From NCBI RefSeq assembly GCF_963921235.1, contig NC_086107.1, forward strand, positions 107,510,001 through 107,574,000: DNA of 64,000 bases, in the 5' to 3' direction. The notes beneath the pieces are model-generated. The model worked only from the letters and a program-made list of their open reading frames with translations. It had not been told where the DNA came from and made no database searches. Within the stretch, counting starts at the first letter, position 1. Each line of letters begins with the position of its first letter. Positions 1 through 14,055 of this stretch are shown one piece after another. This DNA comes from Mobula hypostoma (lineage: Eukaryota). The position numbers and the translations under genes are program-made.

Positions 1-1812
1 GACAACAGAGCTTCGTTTCCAGATAAGCTCAAAGCCTTCTATGCTCGCTTTGACAATCAAAACATGGAGGAACCATCACGAACGCTCGCAGCCTGTGTTG
101 ACCCTGTGACTTCAGTCCCTGATGCTGATGTGCGAGCAGCCTTCAGGAAGGTGAACCCATGAAAAGCATCTGGCTCAGACGGGGTACCTGGCTATGTACT
201 AATGATCTGTGCTGATCAAGTGGCTGGAGTGTTCACTGAGATCTTGAACCTCTCACTTTGGCAATGTGTGGTAACCACCAGCTTCAAGCATGTTTCACCT
301 ATACCAGTGCCTCAGACGAACACGGTAACCTGCTTCAACGACTATTGTTTAGTAGCACTTACAACCACAGTGATGAAGTGTTTTGAGAGGTTGGTGATGA
401 AAAATATCAACTTCTGCCTGAGAAGCACATTGGATCCACTCCAATTTGCCTACTGGAGCAAAAGTACCACAGTAGTTGCCACCTCATTGACTCCTCACCC
501 AGCTCTGGAACATCTGGATAGCAAAGATACATACATCTGGATGATATTTATCGACTACCGCTCAGCATTTAATACCATCATCCACCCAAAACTAATCAAT
601 AAGTTTCAAGACCTTGGCCTCAATACCTCCTTGTGCAATTGGATCCCTGACTTCCTCAGTTGCAAACCCCAGTCAGTTCAGATTGAACAACACCTCCTCC
701 ACAATCTCCACCAGCACAGATGCACCACAAGGCTGTGTGCTGAGCCCCCTGCTCTACTCACTTTACACTTATGACTGTGTGCTCCAATGCCACATACTAG
801 TTTGCTGACAACACCACTGTCATAGGCTGAATCAATCGTGGTGATGAATCAGCGTATAGGAAGGAGACTGAAAAACTGGCTGAGCAGTGCCACAACAACA
901 AACTCTTAATCAATGTCAGCAAGACCAAGGAACTGGTTATTGACTTCAAGAGAAGGAAACCGGAGGTCCATGAGCCAGTCCTCGGTGGAGGATCAGAGGA
1001 GGAGCGGGTCAGCAACATTAAATTCCTTGGTGTTATTATTTCAGAGGATCTGTCCTGGGCCCAGCACATTAAGTGCAATTATGAAGAAAGCACAGCAATG
1101 CCTTTACTTCCTTAGGAACTTGTAAAGATCGGCGTGATACCTAAAACTCTGACAAACTTCTATGGATGAGTGGTGGAGAGTATGTTGACTGGTTGCATTA
1201 CAAGCCTGGTATGGAAATACCAATGCCCTTGAACAGAAAATCCTACAAAAAGTGGTGAAGTTGGTCCAGTACATCATGGGTGAAGCCCTCCCCACCATTG
1301 AGCTAATCTGTACAGAAGATTGTAGCAGGAAAGCAGCATCTATCCTCAGGGACCCCACCCACCACCCAGCTCATGCTCTCTTCTCACTACTGCCATCAGG
1401 AGGAAGGCGCAGGAACTTCAGGTCTCACACCACCAGGTTCAGAAACAGCTATTGCCTCTCAACTATCAGGCTGTTGAGCCAAAGGAGACACCTTCACTCA
1501 ACTTCACTTGCCTTATCATTGAAATGTTCCCACAACGTATTGGCTCTCTTTCAAGGACAGTTCATCTCATCTTCTTGATATTTATTGCTTATTTATTTAT
1601 TATTAGTAGTATTTCTTTCTTTTTTTTATTTGCATAGTTTGTTGTCTTTTGTATCCTGGTTGAATGCTCAAGTTGGTGTGGTCTTTCATTGATTCTACTA
1701 TGGTTATTACGGTATTATGGATTTATTAAGTATGCCCATAAGAAAATGAATCTTAGGGTTGTATATGGTGACATATATGTACTTAGATAATAAATTTACT
1801 TTGAACGTTGAA
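1..1812 (+). mobile_element. Decayed Rex1/Babar-type non-LTR retrotransposon (RT fragments plus 3' tail); runs off the window start
   Basis: ORF 202-774 has LINE RT motifs ([34 protein letters not shown]). Other frames give APQGCVLSPLLYSLYTYD and HPAHALFSLLPSG..RFRNS. There are frameshifts and stops. The tail ends in ATAATAAATTTACTTTGAAC, which recurs across the window. Confidence 0.85.
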
Positions 1813-1823
1813 TGTCCTTCTGA

Positions 1824-2072
1824 AGCGGAGGGAGGGAGGGAGGGAGAGAGAGGGAGGGGGAGAGAGAGGGAGAGGGAGAGGGAGAGGAAGAGGGAAGAAG
1901 AGGGAGGGGGAGAGAGGAAGAGGGAGAGGGAGAGGGAAAGAGGGAGGAAGAGGGAGAGGGAGAGAGAGAGAGAGGGAGAGAGAGAGGGGGAGAGAGGGGG
2001 GGAGAGAGAGGAGGAGAGAGAGGGAGAGAGAGAGAGAGAGAGAGAGAGGGAGAAAAGAAAAGGAAAAAAAAA
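1824..2072 (+). repeat. GA-rich polypurine low-complexity tract/microsatellite
   Basis: About 250 bp of almost pure G/A (GAGGGAGAGAGG...). It explains the spurious ER/SL-repeat ORFs at 1707-2209. Confidence 0.95.
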
Positions 2073-2379
2073 CAACACACACGTGGGGTGAAAAGGACCT
2101 GGTCCAACCAATAAAGAACAGTGCCCACAGGAGGAATCTTCTTGGGGGGGGCATGGAGAACCTTCAAGGCACTGGTACACGGTTCACTGTGACATCTCTG
2201 TAGCAACATGAATACCTGCAGCTTAGATTAGCCTGCGATGCAAGCAGATGCCCATGGGGTCTCTTCCTGCTTCTGTGAGTTGAAAGAAAAATCTGTTCTC
2301 AGACTGAGTGAGCACTCTAATACTGTGCTGAGCAGCAGACTGTAAAATATACTGTAGCGGAGGCTTTGATAGAGACCAG

Positions 2380-2665
2380 GGTTTGAGCCCGTCTCTCAGT
2401 CCTGTCAGTACTGAGTTTGCCCATTTTCCTTATGATGCATGGGTTTCCCGCTGGTACTCCAGTTTCCTCCCACATCCCAGAACATGCCAGTAGGTTAAGT
2501 GGCTGTAGTAGAAGGATCACCTGCAGGATAGAAGGATATCTGGGGAATCAGTGGGAAAGTAATGGGTGAGAGAGAATCAATGCAGGGAGTGGTTGGAATG
2601 GGACTGATGGGTATGATCTGAGAGCTAAGCATGGGCTTGAAGACTGAATGGCCCTTATGTATGCC
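2380..2665 (+). mobile_element. V-SINE/HE1-like tRNA-derived SINE copy
   Basis: Core GGGTTTCCCGCTGGTACTCCAGTTTCCTCCCACATCCCA resembles the V-SINE central domain. Related copies lie at ~3170-3365(-), 4530-4655(-), 8730-9020(+), 11010-11225(+), 12222-12445(+) and 30731-31008(+). Confidence 0.65.
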
Positions 2666-3630
2666 ATGGAGAAACATGAAGGGCAGCATCAGCTGGCAGG
2701 AGTAGTCCTGCAGAAACGAGAGGAGAAGGCAGCCCAAACGCACATCTGAGGCTCGGTTTGAGGCCTTAAGCCACACATCTCTGTGAGGCTAAAGGATGCA
2801 GTTCAAGTGTCAAGTAACATCTCACCAAGGGAACCAGTGCTAATAATTTTGTTAAGAGACACAGCACAATAACAGGCCCCTCCTGCACAATGAGCACTTA
2901 TATATTTTGTTAAACTTTAGAGATGCAGCACTGTAGCAGTTTGTTGCCTTCTGCACTCTGATTGATTTTTCATTGATCCTGTTATAGTAACGATTCTATA
3001 ACTTTGCTGAGTGTGCCCACAAGAAAATGAATTTCGGGGTTATGTATGATGACATAGATATACTTTGATAATAAATTTACTTTGAACTTTGGTATTCTTT
3101 TCCACAGATGCTGTCTGACCTGCTGAGTTCCTCCAGCATTTTGTGTGTGGCTTTGGTAACAAAGTAATGAACCCACACTGCCCAATTACACCCAGGTAAC
3201 CAATTATCCTTCTGTCTTTGGAATGTAGGAGGAAACCAGAGCACCCAGAGAAAATCCGCACAGTCACAAGGAGGATGTACAAACTCCTGACAGACAGTGG
3301 TGGGAATTGAACCTAGATTGCTGGCACTGTAATAGTGTTACACTCACCATTTGATATCATGCAGCCCCATTAGTTATTATTATGTTTCCAGATCACATAA
3401 AAAAACATATAAACAAGGGAATACAGTATGCTCTTACAATGTTATATAAAGCGCCCAAAGGAAACCCACACGGTCATGGGGAGAACGTACAAACTCCTTA
3501 CAGACAGCCACATCGCTGGTGCTGTAGTGGTGATATGCTTACTGCCACACTGCCATGCTGCTCAAAAAATCTGGCTATCCTGTGAGCAAATTAGAACAAT
3601 AATTTTTCAGACTTGTTGGATTACGGGAGA

Positions 3631-4356
3631 CTCACAATACACTGGAGGAACTCAGCAGGTCGGGCAGCATCCGTGAAAATGATCAGTCAACGTTTTGGGC
3701 CGCAACCTTTTGTCAGGACTGTAGGGGGAAGGGGCAGAGGCCGCTTCGTCGAGCACCTCTGCTCCGTCCGCCACAACAGACAAGATCTCCCGGTTGCCAC
3801 CCACTTCAACTCTGCTTCCCATTCCCATTCAGATATGTCCATACATGGCCTCCTCTACTGCCATGATGAGGCTAAACTCAGGTTGGAGGAGCAACACCTC
3901 ATATACCGTCTAGGTAGTCTCCAGCTCCTTGGTACGAACATAGAATTCTCCAACTTCCGGTAATTCCCTCCCCCTCCCTTCCCCTATCCCTATTTCACTC
4001 TGCCCCCTCCCCCAGCTGCCTATCACCTCCCTCATGGTTCTGCCTCCTTCTACTACCCATTGTGTTTTCCCTTATTCCTTCTTCACCTTTCCTGCCTAAC
4101 ACCTCCCTGCTTCCCCTCCCCCACCTTTTCATCTTTCTCCTTACTGGTTTTTCACCTGGAACCTACCAGCCTTCTCCTTGCCACCCTCCCCCCACCTTCT
4201 TTATAGGGCCACTGCCCCCTCCCTCTTCAGTCCTGACGAAGGGTTCCGGCCCGAAACATTGACTGGTCGTTTTCATGGATGCTGCCCAACCTGCTGAGTT
4301 CCTCCAGCGTGTTGTGAGTGTTGCTTTGAACCCAGCATCTACAGAGTATTTTGTCT
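3631..4356. mobile_element. Short Penelope-like element as a tail-out inverted pair (minus arm ~3631-3741, plus arm ~3741-4356)
   Basis: 15-bp TSD TTGGATTACGGGAGA at 3616-3630 and 4357-4371. GIY-YIG C-terminal residues RFVEHL..VATHFN..LEEQHLIYRLGSLQ in ORF 3613-3963. Hammerhead-like motifs at 3684-3721(-) and 4228-4265(+). Confidence 0.9.
4228..4265 (+). ncRNA. Minimal type-I hammerhead ribozyme motif (degenerate stem III/cleavage site)
   Basis: CAGTC-CTGACGA-AGG-GTTCCGG-CCC-GAAAC-ATT-GACTG: 5-bp stem I (CAGTC/GACTG), CUGANGA and GAAA core, short stem II. Confidence 0.65.
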
Positions 4357-5018
4357 TTGGATTACGGGAGAGTCTTACAGAAATGTGCTAGGATGAAGAT
4401 TAGCTTTCGTCACATGTGCATCATATAGTGAAATGCGTCGTCTGCGTCAACAACCAACCCAGTCCGAGGATGTTCTGGAAGGACAGGCCGCAAGCTTCGC
4501 CATGCTTCTGGTGCCTACAACTTACTAACCATAACCCAGACATCTTTGGAATGTGAGAGGAAACCAGAGCACCTGGAGGAAATCCACGGAGACCCTGGGA
4601 GAACATACAAACTCCTTCCAGACACTGGTGCGTAATAACGTTTTGCTAACTGCTACCACCCTAAGAATTCAGTTTATCCTATGAACAATTTTACAGACTT
4701 GTTGAATTTTGTGATGTCATATGGGAGAGTCTTACATGGGAAAGAGATGTTCCAGGAGGAAGGAAAACTCTGGTAACAAACAAAGGGAGGGATTTTCAAT
4801 AGACACCAAAGCAGCTAGAAAGCAAAACTGCTGTGCTCTGGTTTAACTCAGAATGTGTGTGAATGGTGAAATCAATGCTCCACATCACAGTGAAGCACTT
4901 AAGAGGAAGTGAGGTAACTCATGATGCAGAAAGGGTTGTCGTTAATATGTGGTTAAATAAGAAGGTGGGACATTTATATCGGATATGTACCCTTTTGGGG
5001 CAAATGGTCTGTATAATC

Positions 5019-5450
5019 AGTGGCTACTTTATTAGGTACATCTGTACAGCTACTCATTAATGCAAATATCTGATCAGCCAATCATATGGCAGTAATTCAA
5101 TGCATGACAACATACAGACAAGGTCAAGAGGTTCATTTGTTGTCCAGACCAAACATCAGAATCAGGAAGAAATATGATCTAATGACTTTGACCATGGAAT
5201 GATTGCTGGTGCCAGATGGGGTGGTTTGAGTATCTCAGAGACTGCTGATCTCCTGGGATTTTCACACCACAGTCTCTAGAGTTTACAGAGAATGGTGTGA
5301 AAAACAAAAAATGTCCAGTGAGCAGCAGTTCTGTGGGCAAAAAAGCTTTGTTAATAAGAGAGGTCAGAGGAGAATGGCCAGACTGGTTCATGCTGACAGG
5401 AAAGCAACATTAACTCAAATAACCAGGCATTGTAATAGTGGTTTGCAGAA
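5019..5450 (+). mobile_element. Non-autonomous Tc1-like element fragment
   Basis: Starts CAGTGGCTACTTTATTAGGTACA, a TIR-like motif also found at ~6110 and ~8021-8073. The body is homologous to 7577-7950, which encodes a Tc1 N-terminal HTH remnant (MGKKCDLSDFDYGMIVGAR). Confidence 0.75.
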
Positions 5451-6627
5451 GAAACTAGATGGGCTGAATGACCTAATTCTCCTTCTATATCTTATGGTCT
5501 TATAGGATGACCAGTGGTTCATATTTAAGGTTTTGGGCAAAAGATAGAAAAGGATTTGAGGAAGGACCTTCTCCTTTGAGCAGCAAGGGGTAATCTCCTG
5601 GAGAGTTGCCTACACACTGGAAGAAACAGAAATGATCAACGCTTTACAAAGAAAATCAGATACAAACTTAAGAGAACTTGTGGATTGAGCAGGAAAACGA
5701 CACAGAGAGGATTTTCCTGCAGAGAGCTGGCATGGGTTCAGTGGGCAAACATTGTGTTCTCGTGTAAGAAAGCAAATCTATGAATGTCAGACAAACATTC
5801 TGTAGTGAGCACATGAAAATCATAGACATGAAGTAACAATCAGACCCATCTTAGTCATACATTGGGATCCCTTCAACTTCCTGTGATGCATTACTCACTC
5901 CTGTTAGGTACCTGGGAAGGTTGTGCACTGAGTCTGCTGTGGCAGAGTAGGCAGTCCTCTCCCCCGTGTCTCAGAAGATCAGGGGTTGGTCCCATCTCAG
6001 AGATTTCAATAGGTTTCAATAGGCATGTTTAATGTCAAAAAAATGTATACAATATACATCCTGAAATTCTTTTTTTTTTGCAAATATCCACGATTTGAGC
6101 ATACACTCTCAGCAGCCACTTTATTAGGTACACCTGCACTCAAAGATTCAAAAAACATTTATTATCAAAGAATGTATAAATTATACAACCTTGAGATTTA
6201 TCTGCTTACAGGCAGCCACTAAGCAAGAAACTCAAATAACACAATTATTAAAAAAAGAAAGACCAAAAACCACTGCACAGAGAAAGAGAGGGAAAATAAA
6301 CACAAATCATGCAAACGAAAGAAGCAAGCCAATAGCATTCTGAACCAGATTGAGTCCCTAGATCCGCTCCTGGAGCAGCCAGAGTAGGCCCAAGCCTCAG
6401 TCCTAATTCATCACACCAGCGGGCAAATAACACACGGCTACCAGATCAGTTCACAGCCCTGGTGCCATGGAGAAAGAAAGAACATTCACGGGAGAGTGAG
6501 CAAAATCAGACCAACCCTCGCCTTCCAGTCTATTCATGCAGACATTTAAATTGTCCAAGCACCAGGTAGTGGCTCACGATCCAGCCTCACACCCAGGTTA
6601 GGTGGACCCTGCACGTTAATGCAAGTA

Positions 6628-7574
6628 CAGTATATTCCGATTAATTGGGACGTATCGGGATGAGTACATTTTGGCCCAATTAAGAGGCTGCTCCAATTAG
6701 TCAGAGTTTCATGCAAATAATTAAAAAGGTCTAGAATGAACAACTTCCATTTAACTGAGTAACAAATTAGGTACGTATTTAATTGAAATACAGAACAAAT
6801 TAGAACACTACCAATACTACTACAGTCCTATAAAACCGTGTATTAGCTCCTAATAGTTATCGATGGAGGAAATCATCTAGTGTACGTTGATGTGTTCTTT
6901 TGATTGACTGTAACGAACAAAAACTGCACAGACACCTAATGCAGATGATGGATTACCTTTATACAGTAAAGGCTTTTGGTGATTGCAAGATCCAAATCTT
7001 TCATTTTCAATTTAACATTCAAGATGATTGTCGACACATTCAAATTCTTCATAGTCCTAACTTGCTGAAGTAGTGAAATCATTTAATTTTCACTCCCTGG
7101 ACGAGAAGGGTCTTGGCCCGAAACATCACCTGTTTACTATTTTCCATTGATGCTGTCTGGCCTGCTGAATTCCTCCAGCATTTTGTGCATGTTGCTTCAT
7201 TTTCACTCCTGGCCATTTCTGGCATCTCCAAGCCTGAATGCTTGAAACTGCAGTGAGCAAAATAGTTCTGAATTGTCTTTCTGCTTCTTTCTCATCAACT
7301 ATAAGTGACAAAAATCACTGTTTTTTAAACATAAATGCATGCAACTGATACTATTTAAAAGCTGTTTGCTTTGAGTATGGCGTAGTGCCTAAAGGCCACA
7401 CAGGAGCATGCAACTGATGGTAGTTTGAAACTATTCAGCAACAGTTTCCTGTCCTAATTAAGTAGCATAGTGTCCCAAATAAATGAAGGGAATCCCAGCT
7501 CTTTACTTGATTAGTTTTTGTTCTTTAGGAGTTATCCCAAATAAGCGGCTGCCCCAATTAACTAGAATACACTG
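6628..7574. mobile_element. pogo/Tigger-like non-autonomous DNA transposon (MITE)
   Basis: TA-flanked, with imperfect 24-bp TIRs CAGTATATTCCGATTAATTGGGAC / GCCCCAATTAACTAGAATACACTG. A second, reversed copy lies at ~32305-34256. Confidence 0.75.
7101..7198 (+). mobile_element. Penelope 3'-end fragment (partial hammerhead plus downstream sequence) inserted in the MITE
   Basis: GAAGGGTCTTGGCCCGAAACATC...GATGCTGTCTGGCCTGCTGAATTCCTCCAGCATTTTGTG, with near-TSD ATTTTCACTCC(C)TGG at 7086-7100 and 7199-7212. Confidence 0.75.
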
Positions 7575-10500
7575 TATCTAATCAGCCAATCATGTGGCAG
7601 CTACACAACGCATAAAAGCATTCAGATATAGTCAAGAGGTTCAGTTGTTGTTCAGACCAAAGATCAGAATGGGAAAGAAATGTGATCTAAGTGATTTTGA
7701 CTATGGAATGATTGTTGGTGCCAGATGGGGTGGTTTGAGTATCTTAGAAACTGCTGATCTCCTGGGATTTTCATGCACAACAATCTGTAGAATTTACACA
7801 GAAATCATCTGGTGAGTGGCAGCTCTGTTGAAAAAAATGATTTGTTCATGAGAGAGGTCAGAGAAGAATGGCCAGACAGGTTCAAGCTGACAGGAAGGCA
7901 TCAGTAACTCAAATAACCAGATGTTACAACAGTGGTGTGCAGAAGAGCATCTCTGAACGCAAAACACATCAAATCTTAAAGTGGAAGGGCTACAGCAGCA
8001 GAAGATCACGACCATGAACTCAGTGTCCTCTTTATTAGGTACAGAAGATACCTAAAAAAGTGGCCACCGAGCGTATCTGTTTGGCACATTTTATGTAAGA
8101 GACTTGTTGGAACACTGTGACATTAGACATTTGCTTTGGCAGCTGACGTCCTCCGCGATTCCAAAGTAAGAATGGGAATCTTTGGTCTCATTTACGATAA
8201 CAATTAATCACATTGAAACTGCTGCAAACAACCACTGTGAAAAATCGTTAAAGTGGTGTTATTTTCCCATTTCCTTTAAGCACTTCTGTTCACTATTTGT
8301 CAAGATATTGATATAGGGTATGGTATCTGTACTGGGTAGTTGGAGGAAGAATGTCAAACTTCCAGTAATACCCTGGACAAAATTAGCAACGCAAGTCGTA
8401 CCATCAAGGTCAGAACGAGTGGAAATGATGATATAGTCATAGTCATAGTCATACTTTATTGATCCCGGGGGAAATTGTTTTTCGTTACAGTTGCACCATA
8501 AATAATAAATAGTAATAGAACCGTAAATAGTTAAATAGTAATATGTAAATTATGCCAGTAAATTATGAAATAAATCCAGGACCAGCCTATTGGCTCAGGG
8601 TGTCTGACCCTCCAATGGAGGAGTTGTAAAGTTTGATGGAATAGAACTCAAATCCCTAACTTTGAGTCTGTGGAACTATTAATGAGCTATTATGTGGGGT
8701 AAGCATAAATTAGAACTTTAAGAAAGGTTTTGTGTGGTTAACAGTAAAAGTTGTTTTACCCGCTTACAACTTTGTAAGACTGGGATATTGGAAACTCCTG
8801 CCGTTGTCTGTAAGGAGTTTGTACGTTCTCCCTGTGACTGCATGGGTTTCCTCCAGGTGCTCCTGTTTCCTCCCCCAGTCCAAAGACATACTAATTGGTA
8901 GGTTAATTGGTCATTGTAAATTGTCCTGTGATTAGGCTAGGATTAAATCGGGGGTTGCTGGACAGTGTGGCTCGAAGGCCCAGAAGTGCCTATTCCATGC
9001 TATATCTCAATAAGTAAATTTTTAAAATTTGTATACTGAGCCAGCTAGCACATAAAAGATACAGAACAAAGAAAAATAAAGATGTTGTTACATGACTGGT
9101 TGCAAAGGATGAGGAATATACTAACCTTCAAATGAGACCCTAGTGAAAGAAATTGATTCATTCTAAGCACATTGTGAACCACCTAGATATGAAACCAGTT
9201 TTGGTTCTTTACATGAACCAAGAGAGAATACTTCCAAAGTAGAGAGAATACTTTGAATTTTCTTTTAAAATGGAACAAAGGTTGTTGGCAGATCCAATAT
9301 TCTTTGCTGGATCCAGTACCTGAGCTCATTACCTTTACTTTACTTTATTGTCGCCAAACAATTGATACTAGAGCATACAATCATCACAGCGATATTTGAT
9401 TCTGCGCTTCGCGCTCCCTGGAGTACAAATCGATAGTAAATAGTAAAAATTTAAATTATAAATCATAAGTAGAAAATAGAAAAGGGAAAGTAAGGTAGTG
9501 CAAAAAAAAACCAAGAGGCAGGTCCGGATATTTGGAGGGTACAGCCCAGATCCGGGTCAGGATCCGTTCAGCAGTCTTATCACAGTTGGAAAGAATTTTA
9601 TACAACAGAGAACAGTGCCATGCAGTGCAGGCTCTTCGGCCCATGATGTTGTGCTGACCCTTTAACCTACTCCAAGATAAACCTAACCATTCCTTCCCAC
9701 ATAGCCCTCCATTTTTCTTTCATCCATATGCCTATCTTAAATGACCTTCTACCACTACCCCAGAAAGAGTGTTCCATGCACCAACTGCTCCCTGTGTAAA
9801 AAAGATACCTCTCACATCCCCCTCTACTTTCCTCTAACACCTTAAACTGGTGCCCTCTTGTATTAGTCATTTCCACTGTGGAAATGACTCTTATCTTCAT
9901 GTATAACTCTTTCAAGTCACCCCTCATCCTCTTTTACTCCAAAGAGAAAGTCCAAGTTTAACTAATTCGAAGCTGAGTTTAATATGGGAACTCCTGCATT
10001 AACCTCCATGTTGAACTCATGTATTAAGGTTGTGGCTTTGAACAATGCATCTACCTGCCATTTAACTCACAAACTTTGGTTAACATACGTGCTCAGGCTT
10101 TTATACAAATGCTATTGCCAGTTGCTGTTACAGACTTTGTAAGTAGAAAACGGCTTGTACTGTATATGAGAAATAGGGAACAGATAATCAGTAACGTTGA
10201 TGTTGACTAGGAGAGAAATTTTGGCAAAGACATAGAGATGACCTCTTTGCTCCTCTTTGAAGTAGAGCCATGGGAGTTTTAATTGTTCAGGTCTCATTTT
10301 AACATTTCACCCAATTGTCATGGGCAGTTGGTGTATTGCTATTACCTGGTCCCTCATTATCACCTCCCTGAACAAGAAGGCACAGCAGTGCCTCTACTTC
10401 CTAAAGTCATTAAGGCAAGTGAGGCTCACCCCACCCACCCACCCACCAGCTTAACTACTTTTTATCATTGAGAGCATCCTGACAAGTTGCATCTCCATCT

Positions 10501-13500
10501 AGTAGGGGAGCAGCCAAGCATCAGACCGAAAGTCCCTTCAAAGGACTATGAGAACAGCTGAGAAGATCATAGGGGTCTCCCTACCATCCATCGGGGACAT
10601 TTATCAGGGGCACTGCATATGCAGGGCCCTTAGTATTATTAAGGACCCTACACATCAATCCAGCATCCTATTTGACTTTCTACCATCAGGCAGGAGACTC
10701 TGATACATAAAGGCAAGAACGGTCAGGTTGGGAAATAGTTTCTTCCCCCAGACCATTAGGCTTCTGAACTCTCTGCCACATCACATTCGAAATGTCACCA
10801 GTACCTTACAATATTTAATATTAATGCACTTTAGTTTGTTACTTTTACGTGATTCATCTATAGATTTTATCTTAGCCTTCATAAGTTATCGTGTGTTATG
10901 TGCTTTACACCTTGGTTCTGAGAAACATTGTCTCGTTTCTCTATACATTATATGGTTATATACGTTATATACATGTATATAGTTAAATGACAATAAACTT
11001 GACGACTTGACTTACAGCGCCAGTGACCCGGGTTCAATTCCACCACTGTCTGTAAATAGCTTGTATGTTCTCCCTGTAGCCATGTGGATTTCCTCCAGGT
11101 GCTTTTCTTTACTCCCACATTCTGAAGTCACACGGGTTAGTAGGTTAATTAGTCACATGGATATAATTGAGTGGCGTGGGCTTGTTGGACTGGATGGACC
11201 TGTTCTGTATCTCTAAATAAATAAAACATATACAAATAAAAAATACTTATAATTCTGCAGATTATTGTAGGATGTGGCAAAAGTTAATCCCAGAAAAACG
11301 GATACAGATATGCAAAGCAGAGGAGACTAGAGATGTTGGATGGCCAATAACAGTACTATACGCATCAAAGTGCTCATCAAAATATAGAAGGTATTGGCCT
11401 TTCTAAGAGTTGAAAGTATTGTTTTCAGCAATATAGCTGTTTGAAAATGATATTCCTTGGTTGGATCTGTGCAATATGTATTTGAAAATGGAAATAGGGA
11501 GGACAATGAAGTCCATGCAGTAGATGAGATGCCTTTGTAGGTCAGATTTGGAACACCAATTGAAAGCAATGCATCTGGTACCAAATGAGGTCAATTGTGT
11601 GAAAGGAACACCCATTAGAAGGAACTATCCAAGATGTTGGTGCAAGGACAACTACTGCCATTTCCCTTTCCCCTCCCCACTTTCTTAATCTCTCTCTTCC
11701 CCCTTTCTTTCCAGTCCCGATATAGGATTTTAGCCTGAAACATCATTTGTTTATTCCTCTCCATGGATGCTGCATGACCTGTTGAGTTCCTCCAGCATTT
11801 GTGCGTGTGTTGCTCTGGATTTCCAGCACCTGCGGAACCTCTTGTGTCAGTAACATTTCAACTTGATTCCAAAGTGATATGTGATGTCCTCCCGAGGCAA
11901 CCCATCTATTTCAAAGAAAAGTAGTTAAATCCATATAGTCAAGTGTACCAGATCAGCTGGGACAAGCCCTGTGAAGGTAGTGAACCCAAAGATTCATGAG
12001 AATCTTTGTAACAATGTAGTTTTATTAAAATTGTAATGATTGTAAAAATGTAGTAAACTGGAAAGATGTCCAAAGATTCTTGGGAGTAATTTCTGTATGG
12101 CTTTGTAGGCTAATGAAGATTGATTCAATCCTATCCATGATTTCAGCCTCACAGGTAACCATGCACATCCCTGTAGTGCAGCAGAGACACTGGAAAGCAA
12201 ATGCCATCAAATCCTAAATGAGCACGGGCAGCACAGTAGTGTAGCGGTAAGTGTAACACTAATACAGTGCCAGCGATCCCGCCACTGTCTGTAAGGAGCC
12301 TGTATGTTCTCCCCATGACCCTTTGGGCTTCATCCCCCACTCCAAAGACTTAAAGGTGAGTAAGTTAATTGGTAACATGGATGTAATTGGGCGGCGGGGG
12401 TACATTGGTAGAGAAAGGCCGGTTACTGTGCTGTATCCATAAAGAAAATAGTAAGGAGAAGCAGTGGCAGTATGCTCTCACCTGTATCAGTGGCTATCAA
12501 GGATAAATTCAAAGTAGAGGCAGAGTCACTGACTAAAACAGTGACAGTGCCCCTAATACATAGACTTGCTCCCCATCTTCTCATTTGGTGTGTGTTACAA
12601 TATAAAGCAGCAAGCTGAGAATTCGGTTGGGTTCAAGAGATCTTAAAAGGGCTCAGAATAGTAGCCATGAAACTATAAAAGATTTTCTGATAGAGCTGAG
12701 AAGAGGGAAAAATTTTCAATGCATTGGATGTGGAGAATGCAAGAGAAGTACATACTTAGCCTGGTGCCACATATCATTTTAGATCATTGGAGATGACTGC
12801 TATTTGGAACCAACATGGCACGAGAGGAATTCTAGCAAAGCTGGTTGGTGTATGGGAAGGTCTCAATGGAGTAAAAATCATGGGAGATGATGAATTGGTC
12901 TTTGTAGAAGGACAAACAGGACAAAAGGCAGAATGAGTCCATGACTAGAAGCAGATGAAGGGAAAATCTCTGGAATACTGAACAACTAAATTTTGAAGTT
13001 CTGAGTGAAGAACACCACTTTCATGAGTCACTTCATTGGCAGAAATGATCTGAAGTGAGATCCAGCAAAAGTGAACACCATGAAGCAGATACCAGACCCA
13101 ACAGATTTTGCTGTGGTGCAGTTCTTTCTAGGGTTCGTCCGTCTTCTAAGCAATTTCTTGCCCTGGCCAAGTGAAATACTTGAAAAACTGTGACAGTTGA
13201 TTGAGTGGAAGTGATTTAAGTATTAGAACAAAAATAACTGGAAGGACTGGAAATATGAAAACCAGGGGATTCTGGAAGTGTTCAGCTGATCATTCAGGAT
13301 CAGTTGGGGAGAGAAGCAGAGACAATATTTTGGATCAAGGACTTTTCGTTGGTGTAGTGTTGGCTGGATCAGATGAAGCAAGGAAACATTCACACAGAAA
13401 AGACCGTTGTTCAATGATTTGCTGATAAGAAGGTGCCGTCTGTATATGCAGGCTTGTCTAGAAGATATTGGAGCAATGAACTATCTTGCTGCCATCAGGA

Positions 13501-14055
13501 AGAAGGTACGGGAGACTCAGAACCTACACCACCAGATTCAGGAACAGGTATTATCCCCTGACCATCAGGCTCCTGAACTATAGGGGATAATTTCACTCAG
13601 CTTCATTTGTCCCATCATTGAACTGTTTCCCCAACCAAAGGACTCACTTTCATGAACTCTTCATCTCATGTTCTCAATATTTATTGTTTATTTATTACTA
13701 TTATTTCTTTCTTTTTGTATTTACACAGTTTGTTGTCTTCTCCATGCTGGTTGACTCCCCAAATTAGTGGTCTTTCATTGATTCTCCCATGGTTATTACT
13801 CTACATATTTATTGAGTAGGCCAAAAAAGAAAATGAATCTCAGGGTCGTACATGGTGACATTAATGTACTTTGATAATAAAATTACTTTGAATTTTGAAG
13901 TAAAGGCTGCTAATGGTATACACAGCAGAGCTCTGTCAGATGTGGAGACGTATTACAAACCGTAAAAGAGCTACTTGTTGGCATCGTTGGACTGAAGAAA
14001 TGTTACCAGTAGCAATTATGGTAATGGTATGTGGGCACAGAGATCAGACATCATT

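Larger units (their letters stand above)
6104..8073 (+). mobile_element. Non-autonomous Tc1-like element interrupted by a LINE-tail fragment (~6140-6600) and a pogo/Tigger-like MITE
   Basis: Left TIR-like CACTCTCAGCAGCCACTTTATTAGGTAC and right TACCTAAAAAAGTGGCCACCGAGCG-TA. The internal part 7577-8020 matches the 5019 copy. Confidence 0.7.

Noticed and set aside
1707..2209. Five overlapping 110-157 aa ORFs
   Set aside because: Translations of the GA microsatellite (ER/SL/P repeats); not genes.
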